From positions 283,588-347,587 of the forward strand of contig CAVRBS010000014.1 in NCBI GenBank assembly GCA_963719235.1: a stretch of DNA of 64,000 nucleotides. The letters run 5' to 3'. The position numbers and the translations under genes were made by a program. The notes beneath the pieces were generated by a model, which worked only from the letters and a program-made list of their open reading frames with translations, did no database searches and was not told the origin of the DNA. Source of the DNA: an uncultured Bacteroidales bacterium (GTDB lineage: Bacteria > Bacteroidota > Bacteroidia > Bacteroidales > VadinHA17). This document shows positions 53,089 through 61,962 of the stretch, one piece after another (the first letter of the stretch is position 1; the number at the start of each line of letters is the position of its first letter).

Positions 53089-53646
53089 ATGACCGAACTT
53101 GATAGTCTTAAGAACCTTGTACTTGCACCGTATATCCTGAAGGCAACCGCCCTGATCAGTGTGCAGCGCCAGGTGGGCGGTAACCAGTTCCGGCACTGTT
53201 TTTCCACTCTCGGAATTCTGCTTGATTACAAATTCTTCAATGACAGCGTATTGCTTAAGGCCTCCCTGCTGCATGATCTGCTGGAAGATCTGCCGGAGAC
53301 ACAGGTGGATGAGATCAGATGGATCGACAATGAAGGAAATCAGGTGGTTAACCTGGTCCTTGAAGTGACGAAGCAAAGGGAGGAAACAAAGATCCAGTAC
53401 CTGCAACGGGTACTTGACTGGGGTTCAAAAAACGCATTATTGCTTAAATGTGCAGACAGGATCAGCAATCTGACAGACCTTCACCGTGACACTCAGACCC
53501 CGGAGCGTATTTCAGTTTACCTTGATCAGACTGAACAATACGTAATTCCAATGGCAAAACTGGTGAATCCGGATATGGTGATCGAACTCACTGACCTGGT
53601 TGCCCGAAGAAGAAGAATCCTGAGAATGATGGAAAGCGATCGTTAA
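53089..53646 (+). CDS. HD-domain protein, small alarmone hydrolase (Mesh1/SpoT-HD)-like
   Basis: R..GGNQFRH, ASLLHDLLED, VLEVTK, LLKCADRISNL. Confidence 0.75.
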   Translation: MTELDSLKNLVLAPYILKATALISVQRQVGGNQFRHCFSTLGILLDYKFFNDSVLLKASLLHDLLEDLPETQVDEIRWIDNEGNQVVNLVLEVTKQREETKIQYLQRVLDWGSKNALLLKCADRISNLTDLHRDTQTPERISVYLDQTEQYVIPMAKLVNPDMVIELTDLVARRRRILRMMESDR

Positions 53647-53666
53647 GGAGGACAGGCTTATTACAA

Positions 53667-55166
53667 TCAATACAGATATCTGTGGCACTCGGAACAATTG
53701 GCTTCTTTCCAACTTGTTCCTATATCTATGGGGTGCTGAAATTCAAGCGTATCCCTGATATTGGTGTATTGCATCATATCGGGTTTGCCCTGACCGATAA
53801 TAGTGTGACATAAGTTACAATCCTTTGTAATTTTTTTCCCCTTTTCCGATGTGAACGCATCATTGTGGCACCTGAAACATCCTTCCACCTCAAGATGTCC
53901 GATATGATTGGGGTAGACATCATAAGATACTTTCATTGCAGCAAAAGTGTTCTGGCTGTAGGCTTTCTGGAGTGCTGTCACCGACTGATCAATTCTGGCT
54001 TCATTTTTTTCAAAATAGTCGCCGAAGTCGGACTTGTAATAATTTATGATCCCGTCTCTTATCTGCATCAATGCAGTGTCCTTATCAGTGAATGTATTTC
54101 TGAGAATACCCATCGCTGTCCTTTTTATATAGGGAATATCCTTTGACACTTCATCTGTAAGCATAGCCTTGTCAAAATAAACAGGCGGGGAGTTGTAATA
54201 GTGAGAAGGCCTGTTATGGCAATCTATACAATCCATCGTTCTGGTCGAGGCCGCAGTAATAGTACTGTCAGATATTTCATTATCAGGATTTCTGAAAATT
54301 TCAACTGCTCCAGTGAGTTTATTGGTATACTTCACATATGTTATTACCTCACGCTTGTCATTTTCAGAAATATATTCAATACTGATGTCAGGGTTTATAT
54401 GCCAGTGTATTCCTTCTGAAAAGCCAAGATCAGTGTATACAGGTCCGGTTTTCATCTGAAGAATAATATCCCACTCAGAGTTAAGTGAATCGGCCAGGTA
54501 ATACTTTTTTGACTGAAGTTTTCTGGAATAGAATTTCTGGGGCCAATGGCATCTCTCGCATGTTTCCATTGCCGGACGCAAGTCGTGAAGCGGGGTTTCA
54601 ATAGGTGAAGGATATGTTTTTGTAATCACGGCATAAACCTGATGTAATCCTGATAGCTTTGATTTGACATACCATGAGGTCCCTGACCCGACATGACAAT
54701 CGACACAAGCTACATTTGCATGGCTTGAGTTCTGGTAAGCCGTATATTCGGGCTCCATGACTTTATGACAAAGTGTTCCGCAGAATTCTACCAACTCCGT
54801 AAGATGATATGCCTCGAAACTACCATAAGTGGAAAGGAATAGGATAATCAATGTGGCCACTGTAAATCCGATAAAGGCTTTTCTGTGTTTTGGATTGTTC
54901 AGATCAACCGACGGGAACAGTTTTTTTTCATCCCCGGCTGCCGCCGCAGCTCTTTTCCTTGATACCAAAATTCCTACCGGCATCATTATCAGCCCCAGCA
55001 CCAGGAATCCGGGCAGGATAATATAAATGAATAATCCCAGATAAGTAGCGTTCTTACCTAAAACAGTCGACATAACAAAAAGCACAATTATCAGCAGCAG
55101 ATTAATAATTGCAATCAGAGCGCCAATTATTGTAATCCAATTCCTGTAGGAATACTTAAGTTTCAT
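53667..55166 (-). CDS. Inner-membrane heptaheme NapC/NirT-family cytochrome c (ImcH-like)
   Basis: Three N-terminal TMs; CGTLCH, CVDCH, CERCH, CIDCH, CFRCH, CNLCH, CSECH; YVKSKLSG NapC-type motif. Confidence 0.88.
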   Translation of the reverse strand: MKLKYSYRNWITIIGALIAIINLLLIIVLFVMSTVLGKNATYLGLFIYIILPGFLVLGLIMMPVGILVSRKRAAAAAGDEKKLFPSVDLNNPKHRKAFIGFTVATLIILFLSTYGSFEAYHLTELVEFCGTLCHKVMEPEYTAYQNSSHANVACVDCHVGSGTSWYVKSKLSGLHQVYAVITKTYPSPIETPLHDLRPAMETCERCHWPQKFYSRKLQSKKYYLADSLNSEWDIILQMKTGPVYTDLGFSEGIHWHINPDISIEYISENDKREVITYVKYTNKLTGAVEIFRNPDNEISDSTITAASTRTMDCIDCHNRPSHYYNSPPVYFDKAMLTDEVSKDIPYIKRTAMGILRNTFTDKDTALMQIRDGIINYYKSDFGDYFEKNEARIDQSVTALQKAYSQNTFAAMKVSYDVYPNHIGHLEVEGCFRCHNDAFTSEKGKKITKDCNLCHTIIGQGKPDMMQYTNIRDTLEFQHPIDIGTSWKEANCSECHRYLY

Positions 55167-55185
55167 AAATGAAAGATTTTAAGGT

Positions 55186-55635
55186 TTAACCAAGCAGTTC
55201 TTTTACCTTGGCCGAAATCTCTTTGCCGTCAGCCTTGCCAGCAAGCTCTTTTGTGGCGACACCCATCACTTTGCCCATATCTGACGGTGCTTTGGCACCG
55301 ACCCGGTCTATTATGGTTTTCAGGACGTTAACCAGCTCTGCTTCGCTCATCTTTGCAGGGAGATACCCCTCAAGGACAGCGGCCTCAGATTCTTCTTTCT
55401 CATACAGGTCGGGTCTTTTCTGTTCCCTGTATATAGTTGCTGATTCCTTTCTCTGCTTGACGAGTTTCTGAATGATTTTAATTTCTTCATCAGCAGTAAG
55501 AACTGTATCAGGGCCCCTCTCTGCTTTAGCCAGGATGAATGCCGTTTTTGCGGCGCGCAGGGCTTCAAGCTTACCCTTATCCTGTGCTTTCATGGCGGCC
55601 ATCAGGTCGCTGGCAATTTTTTCCGTGAGTGACAT
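55186..55635 (-). CDS. GatB/YqeY domain protein
   Basis: DLMAAMKAQDK, KLVKQRKESA, YLP, DMGKVMG, LAGKADGK. Confidence 0.93.
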   Translation of the reverse strand: MSLTEKIASDLMAAMKAQDKGKLEALRAAKTAFILAKAERGPDTVLTADEEIKIIQKLVKQRKESATIYREQKRPDLYEKEESEAAVLEGYLPAKMSEAELVNVLKTIIDRVGAKAPSDMGKVMGVATKELAGKADGKEISAKVKELLG

Positions 55636-55721
55636 AGCTATGCAGGTGTTGTGTAATAGTATCTGATTCGAATCAATATATAAAGATAAGAAAAGCTTCG
55701 GTTGTTAATTTATCTGGTTGT

Positions 55722-58016
55722 TCACTTTGTCATTGTGCTCATGGAGTAAGGATATGATCCGGGATTTGTGCCTCGCTCCTTATCCGGCGCAGAGCCCATC
55801 CTGAACTCCATCTTCCCTCCTGCCTGCAGCTGCGAATGAGTGACAAAATTAACATTCAGCTTCCTGCCATTAAGCAAAACATCTTCTACATAGAAATTCT
55901 CCCTGCTGTTTTCCGGAGCCTCAATAATCATCTTTCGTCCGTCTTCAAATGTTACCGCCACCTTACTGAACAGGGGCGATCCGAGGACATATTCGCCTGT
56001 CCCGGGAGTCACCGGGTAAAAGCCAAGCGCACTGAATACATACCACGCAGATGTCTGTCCGTTATCCTCGTCCCCGCAGTAGCCGTCAGGGGTATAGTTA
56101 TAGAGCTTGTCCATCACCTCTCTGACCCGCATTTGTGTTTTCCAAGGCTCGTGTGTGTAGTTATACAGGTAGATCATATGCTGCACGGGCTGGTTGCCGT
56201 GAGCGTAGTTACCCATGTTCATTATCTGCATCTCGCGGATCTCATGTATGGGAAAGCCGTAATAAGAATCGTCAAAGACCGGTGGCACCCTGAATACCGA
56301 GTCAAGCATCTGAGCCATCTGATACGTCCCCCCCATCATATCTGCCAGTCCCGCCACGTCATGGAACACGCTCCAGGTATAGTGCCAGCTGTTACCCTCG
56401 GTAAAAGCATCACCCCACTTGTACGGGCTGAAAGGTGATTGGAAAGTACCGTCCTGGTTCCTGCCTCTCATCAGTTTGCGCTCACTGTCAAAGACATTCC
56501 GGTAGTTCAGTGACCTGGCTGCATACAGATCGATCTCCTCCTGCGGCTTGCCAATTACAGTAGCCAGGCGCCACAGACACCAGTCGGCATAGGCATATTC
56601 AAGTGTACGTGCAACATTTTCATCTATGCCGGCATCATAAGGCACATATCCGAGATTATTATAGTACTCAGCGCCGTACCGCCCGACTGAATGTACCGGA
56701 CCGCTGCCTTTTGTATTCTTCACCAGGGCGCTCCAGAGAGTGTCAATATTATAACCTCTTATTCCTTTAAGGTATGCGTCAGCGATCAGCGAGGCCGAGT
56801 TGCTGCCAATCATGCAATCGCGGTGGCCGGGACTGGCCCATTCGGGCAGCCAGCCGCTCTCGAGGTAAGCATTCTCAAGACCCTCCATGATGTGTGAGCT
56901 GACCTCAGGGTAGAACAATGTTATAAAGGGCATCGCAGCCCTGAATGTGTCCCAGAAGCCGTTGTCGGTGAAGAGCCTTCCGGGGAGCACCTCCCCGTTA
57001 TACGGACTGTAATGGATAATATTCCCTTTGTCATCATATTCGTAGAACATCCTCGGGAAGAGCAGTGTCCGGTACAGTGTCGAATAAAATGTCCTTAGCC
57101 GGTCATCGGTACCTCCTTCCACCCGGAAACGCCCCAGCTCATCATTCCAGCGGTTTCTTGCAGCATCCCTGATCTCATCAAAGCCACGACCGGCAATCTC
57201 ACGCTCAAGGTTCAGGATGGCCTGCTCCGGTGATATGAATGACGATGCCACCCGGGCAGTGACAATCTCTCCGCGGCGGGTGCGGAAACCAATCACAGCC
57301 ACTGCGTGATCACCCTCCACTCCATTGTTTTCAGGCGCCTGACTGCCGTCGATCCATGTTGAATAAAAATCGAAGTCATGGTCAAATATGATAACAAAGT
57401 AGTTATGAAAATTGTCCGGCACTCCGCCGTGATTATTGCGGCAAAAACCGATGATTTTCCTTTCAGAGGGTATGACCTGGACCATCGATCCTCCGGCAAA
57501 GGCATCTATCACCACGGCGGAAGAATCATTTTCAGGGAAGGTGAACCTGAAACAAGAAGCTCTTTCAGTAGGGGTGACCTCTGCCGTAATATCATGATCT
57601 GCAAGATAAACACTGTAGTAGTAGGGTTTTGCCGTCTCTGCCTTGTGCGAAAACCATGAAGCCCGCTGCTCCTCGGTTATCTTATTGCCGCCCGTAACCG
57701 GCATGAGCGAGAAAGCGGCATAATCATTGATCCAGGGGCTTGGCTGATGCGTCTGTTTAATGCCCACTATCTTATGATCATCATAGGTATAACCCCACCC
57801 GTCACCATTTTTGCGTGTCTGCGGAGTCCAGAAGTTCATCCCGAAAGGCAGGGCTACCGCCGGGTAGGTGTTGCCATGCGACAGGAGGTACTCTGAATCA
57901 GTTCCCATAAGCGGATTTGCCATATCGGCCGGCTCATTTGTCTCCTCCGGCGATGATTTACAACCGGTTAAAGCCAGTACGAAAAGGGCTATCAAAGCTG
58001 CAGACTGTATTTTCAT
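55722..58016 (-). CDS. GH92 alpha-mannosidase lipoprotein
   Basis: LTGC lipobox, GNTYP, PFGMNFWTPQT, THQPSPW, WDTFRA, EGNSW, HGNQP, GDEDNGQTSAWY. Confidence 0.93.
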   Translation of the reverse strand: MKIQSAALIALFVLALTGCKSSPEETNEPADMANPLMGTDSEYLLSHGNTYPAVALPFGMNFWTPQTRKNGDGWGYTYDDHKIVGIKQTHQPSPWINDYAAFSLMPVTGGNKITEEQRASWFSHKAETAKPYYYSVYLADHDITAEVTPTERASCFRFTFPENDSSAVVIDAFAGGSMVQVIPSERKIIGFCRNNHGGVPDNFHNYFVIIFDHDFDFYSTWIDGSQAPENNGVEGDHAVAVIGFRTRRGEIVTARVASSFISPEQAILNLEREIAGRGFDEIRDAARNRWNDELGRFRVEGGTDDRLRTFYSTLYRTLLFPRMFYEYDDKGNIIHYSPYNGEVLPGRLFTDNGFWDTFRAAMPFITLFYPEVSSHIMEGLENAYLESGWLPEWASPGHRDCMIGSNSASLIADAYLKGIRGYNIDTLWSALVKNTKGSGPVHSVGRYGAEYYNNLGYVPYDAGIDENVARTLEYAYADWCLWRLATVIGKPQEEIDLYAARSLNYRNVFDSERKLMRGRNQDGTFQSPFSPYKWGDAFTEGNSWHYTWSVFHDVAGLADMMGGTYQMAQMLDSVFRVPPVFDDSYYGFPIHEIREMQIMNMGNYAHGNQPVQHMIYLYNYTHEPWKTQMRVREVMDKLYNYTPDGYCGDEDNGQTSAWYVFSALGFYPVTPGTGEYVLGSPLFSKVAVTFEDGRKMIIEAPENSRENFYVEDVLLNGRKLNVNFVTHSQLQAGGKMEFRMGSAPDKERGTNPGSYPYSMSTMTK

Positions 58017-58072
58017 AAAAAGGTCTTTTAACAGGTAAATTTAAACTTTTCAGGTTACAGGTCAACCGGCCG

Positions 58073-60085
58073 TTACTGAGGATCGACATCAGCATGTATC
58101 CGAAGCATCCCCTGCCGTGGCATCTTCAGCTCAGCCTCCATGGCTTTGCGTATCATTTCTTTTACCCTGGATGCGGAAAGCTCCTTCCCCAGCTTGATCA
58201 GCAGGGTTTTAATGTACCATTTCTGAACCTGCATGACTGCAGGAAATTCAGGTCCCAGGATAAATTTGCCGAGATGTTTGCGCAGACTGTTTGCCAGTCG
58301 GGCCGATGATAAATTCAATTCATCGAGATCGCGGTGTCTGATAACTATCCTGATAATTTTGGTAAAGGGCGGATAACCGAATAATTCGCGTTCCTCCAGC
58401 TGTGTCCTGCACATGGCCTTATAATCATGTTTCAGCACCTGTCTGAGAATTATATGAGACGGATCGGCTGTCTGGATAATCACCGTACCTCTTCGCTCGC
58501 GGCGTCCCGCCCTGCCGCTGACCTGTTCAATCAGCTGGAAGCTGCGCTCAAATGCCCTGAAGTCAGGGAACCACAACATGCTGTCTGCGTCAAGTATCCC
58601 GACCACGGTCAGCTTCTCAAAGTCCAGCCCCTTGGAGATCATCTGTGTACCTATGAGAATATCAGTTGCACCTCCGGCGAAGTCTGACAGTATTTGTGAT
58701 GCTGCGTTGCGTCGCTTTGTTGTATCGTGATCCATCCTCGCCACTTTAGCTGAAGGGTATAGCAGCTTTATTTCTTCTTCTATCTTCTCTGTACCGAATC
58801 CCCTTGTAGTCAACGCTGCCGAGCCGCACTCAGGGCATACTCCCGGCAGGGTTTCACTCTTGCCGCAGTAGTGGCATTTCATTTTGCCGGCGCTTTTATG
58901 ATAAGTATAGCTTACCGAGCAGTTTGTGCACCTTGGCACCCATCCGCAGTCAGAACACATGAGATAAGGTGAGAAACCGCGTCTGTTCTGAAAGAGTATA
59001 ACCTGTTCACCTTTTGCCAGCGCCTCGCCAACGGCATCAAGCATTCGGGAAGAGAAGTGTGATGCTGGCTTCTTTTTCTTTCCGTGGCTGCGCGTGTCAG
59101 CGACTATCATTTCGGGCATCTTCACATCGCCGTAGCGTGCATCCAGTTCGACAAGACCGTACCTTCCGGTGGTGGCGTTATGGTAACTCTCTACCGACGG
59201 CGTTGCCGACCCCAGCAAGATTTTTCCACCATGGATCCGTGAAAGCATCATTGCCGCATCACGTGCATGATAACGGGGTGCAGGATCATACTGCTTGTAT
59301 GATGAATCGTGCTCTTCATCAACGATTATCAGACCGAGGTCTTTGAAGGGAAGGAAAAGCGATGACCGCACCCCCAGTACGACACCGAGGCTGCCGTTGC
59401 CTGCACTCTTCCAAACATCCTGACGGGCGGCTGGTGTCAGGCGCGAATGATAAACGCCTATTGCGGTCCCGAAATGCTTCTGCAGACGCTCAATGATCTG
59501 TGTGGTAAGTGCAATCTCCGGCAGCATGTAAAGAACCTGCCTGCCTCTGGCAAGCTGTTCCGTTATCAGATGAATATAGATCTCCGTCTTGCCGCTTGAG
59601 GTTACACCGCGGAGCAGAACGACCTCGTGATCATTGAAGAGTTCTTTCACTTTAGCAAATGCCTCATTCTGCAAGGCATTCAGTTCAGCCGGCGGAATGA
59701 CCTCTGCCTCACTGCTGCTGGCGGAATTTCGTTTTTTCCGCGGAGCGGAGCGACTGACAAGATCATCGGCTGACGGAATGGCTGCCTTAATTACTTCCCC
59801 GGGTAATGCCATATAATAATCGGAGATCCAGAGGAGAAAATCCGTAAACCGTTCACTAAGATCAGTTTGTAATGGAATTATACCTGTTATCTCCTTTGGC
59901 ACAAATCCCGCTGGCGGAGTGTTATGAGTACTGATAACCAGTCCCATGGAACTCTTGCTCTGTCCGAAAGGTACCGTGACAAGGGTTCCGCGCTTTATCA
60001 CGTCATGGAGTCCGGGAGGAATTACATAAGTATAACTGCCGGCAACTGCGACGGGTAATACAATATCTGCAAAACCACCGTTCAT
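58073..60085 (-). CDS. priA: Primosomal protein N' (replication restart helicase)
   Basis: GVTSSGKTE, LPEIALT, IVDEEHDSSYKQ, four CxxC Zn motifs, GTQMISKGLDF, QVSGRAGR, DVDPQ. Confidence 0.96.
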   Translation of the reverse strand: MNGGFADIVLPVAVAGSYTYVIPPGLHDVIKRGTLVTVPFGQSKSSMGLVISTHNTPPAGFVPKEITGIIPLQTDLSERFTDFLLWISDYYMALPGEVIKAAIPSADDLVSRSAPRKKRNSASSSEAEVIPPAELNALQNEAFAKVKELFNDHEVVLLRGVTSSGKTEIYIHLITEQLARGRQVLYMLPEIALTTQIIERLQKHFGTAIGVYHSRLTPAARQDVWKSAGNGSLGVVLGVRSSLFLPFKDLGLIIVDEEHDSSYKQYDPAPRYHARDAAMMLSRIHGGKILLGSATPSVESYHNATTGRYGLVELDARYGDVKMPEMIVADTRSHGKKKKPASHFSSRMLDAVGEALAKGEQVILFQNRRGFSPYLMCSDCGWVPRCTNCSVSYTYHKSAGKMKCHYCGKSETLPGVCPECGSAALTTRGFGTEKIEEEIKLLYPSAKVARMDHDTTKRRNAASQILSDFAGGATDILIGTQMISKGLDFEKLTVVGILDADSMLWFPDFRAFERSFQLIEQVSGRAGRRERRGTVIIQTADPSHIILRQVLKHDYKAMCRTQLEERELFGYPPFTKIIRIVIRHRDLDELNLSSARLANSLRKHLGKFILGPEFPAVMQVQKWYIKTLLIKLGKELSASRVKEMIRKAMEAELKMPRQGMLRIHADVDPQ

Positions 60086-61275
60086 CCTATTACCGCAGCC
60101 CTGACTTTTTCTGCAGCATCGGTAAATGTGGAAGCTGCTATGACCTTTAGTCCTGAGCTGTCAATCAGTTCTTTTGCCTCTGTGGCATTCGTTCCCTGAA
60201 GTCTTACAATGACCGGTACCTTTATATCGCCTATTGTCTTGTACGCCTCAATGATTCCTGCTGCCACACGGTCACATCTGACTATACCACCGAAAATATT
60301 GACCAGTATCGCTTTTACATTAGGGTCTTTAAGAATTATCCTGAAGCCTGCCTCGACAGTCTTTGCATTGGCACCGCCTCCCACGTCAAGAAAGTTTGCC
60401 GGTTTGCCTCCGGAGAGCTGAATCAGGTCCATTGTCGCCATTGCCAGGCCGGCGCCGTTGACCATGCAACCCACATCTCCGTCAAGCTTAACGTAGTTGA
60501 GGTTATTGTTCGTTGCCTCCACCTCAGTCGGATCTTCTTCATTCAGATCACGCATCGCGGCCAGCTCGGGGTGGCGGAAGAGAGAGTTGTCATCGAGTGC
60601 CACCTTGCAGTCGACGGCCAATATCTTATCATCGCTGGTCTTCAGAAGAGGGTTTATTTCCATCAGTGAAGCATCAGAGGCAATAAAGGCATCCCACATG
60701 CCCCTGATGAACAGGGTCATTTCTTTCCAGGCCTTGCCTTTAAGGCCCAGGTTAAAGGCGATAGTGCGTATCTGATAGTCATGGAGGCAGCAGGTGGAGT
60801 CAACTGCTTCGGAAAAGATAGCCTGCGGCATTTTATCAGCCACCTCCTCGATGTCCATTCCTCCCTCTGTCGAGTACATGATCACATACGCTGATCTCTT
60901 GCGGTCAAGAAGAACCGACATGTAGAACTCCCTGATTTCAGATTCACCTTTATAATATACATCGCGTGCAACCAGTACCTTTCTGACCAGTTTGCCTGCC
61001 GGGCCGGTCTGTGGCGTCACCAGGGTCATGCCAAGCATTTTCGAGGCAACCTCAGCGGCTTCCTCCGGTGAACGGGCTATCTTTACCCCACCGCCTTTCC
61101 CTCTTCCACCGGCATGGATCTGAGCCTTGATAACAAAAATCTCTGTACCGAACTTCTTTCTCAGCTCTTCGGCGACAAGCTGTGCCTGTTCGGCCGTTTC
61201 AGCAATAAATCCTTCCTGCACCGGCACTCCGTGAGCCTGCAGTATCGACTTTCCCTGGTATTCGTGAATGTTCAT
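60082..61275 (-). CDS. sucC: Succinyl-CoA synthetase beta subunit
   Basis: MNIHEYQGK, KAQIHAGGRGKGGG, MVNGAGLAMATMD, NFLDVGGGA, NIFGGIVRCD. Confidence 0.97.
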   Translation of the reverse strand: MNIHEYQGKSILQAHGVPVQEGFIAETAEQAQLVAEELRKKFGTEIFVIKAQIHAGGRGKGGGVKIARSPEEAAEVASKMLGMTLVTPQTGPAGKLVRKVLVARDVYYKGESEIREFYMSVLLDRKRSAYVIMYSTEGGMDIEEVADKMPQAIFSEAVDSTCCLHDYQIRTIAFNLGLKGKAWKEMTLFIRGMWDAFIASDASLMEINPLLKTSDDKILAVDCKVALDDNSLFRHPELAAMRDLNEEDPTEVEATNNNLNYVKLDGDVGCMVNGAGLAMATMDLIQLSGGKPANFLDVGGGANAKTVEAGFRIILKDPNVKAILVNIFGGIVRCDRVAAGIIEAYKTIGDIKVPVIVRLQGTNATEAKELIDSSGLKVIAASTFTDAAEKVRAAVIG

Positions 61276-61373
61276 GATTGGATCTTTAATCTTGAGCAGC
61301 TAAAAGCAGCTCTGTAAAATTCAGGTATGTAATTTACTCTTTTTTATAATTATTTTCGCTAAAATTTCCCTGA

Positions 61374-61911
61374 ATGAGGAAACTGTCCAATCCTGAACTG
61401 AACCGGAAAAGTGTCGATGACTTTCATGCTTCGCCAAAATCGCCGTTCATACTGGTGCTTGACAATGTAAGAAGCATGAATAACGTCGGTTCAGTGTTTC
61501 GCACAGCCGATGCGTTCATTATTGAAGCGGTATGGCTTTGCGGTATCACCGCAACACCCCCGCACAGGGAGATACAGAAGACGGCGCTGGGAGCAACTGA
61601 ATCGGTAGCATGGAGATATTTCAGCACTACGGTTGAGGCTGTAAAAGAACTGAAAGAGGAATGGATACGTTATTGTCTCGGTCGAACAGGCCGAGGGTGC
61701 CGTATCACTTGACAGCTATGCCACTGCCGCAGGGAAAAAATATGCACTGGTCTTCGGACATGAGATAAAAGGCGTGAGCGAAGATGTTGTGGATATGTCA
61801 GACGCCTGCATAGAGATACCCCAGTACGGCACCAAGCACTCTTTCAACGTTGCTGTCAGCGCAGGCATAGTGCTCTGGGAGCTGGCGGGAAAGATCACCC
61901 GCAACAAATAA
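61374..61911 (+). CDS. SpoU/TrmH-family RNA methyltransferase (frameshift near 61660)
   Basis: LVLDNVRSMNNVGSVFRTADAF, KTALGA; shifted frame gives VFGHEIKGV...EIPQYGTKHSFNVAVSAG, stop at 61911. Confidence 0.88.
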
Positions 61912-61944
61912 AAAACCCCGTCCGCCATCCGGCAGAGGGGTTTT
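61911..61944. terminator. Bidirectional terminator-like hairpin
   Basis: AAAACCCC...GCC-atcc-GGC...GGGGTTTT between convergent genes. Confidence 0.65.
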
Positions 61945-61962
61945 CTGTTTATTAAGTCCTGT

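Noticed and set aside
3382-54793. Leu-to-Ser codon reassignment or U-to-C RNA editing explaining the Ser changes
   Set aside because: Three different codons (TTG, TTA, TTT) are involved and the common factor is the DNA motif GANTC, not the codon
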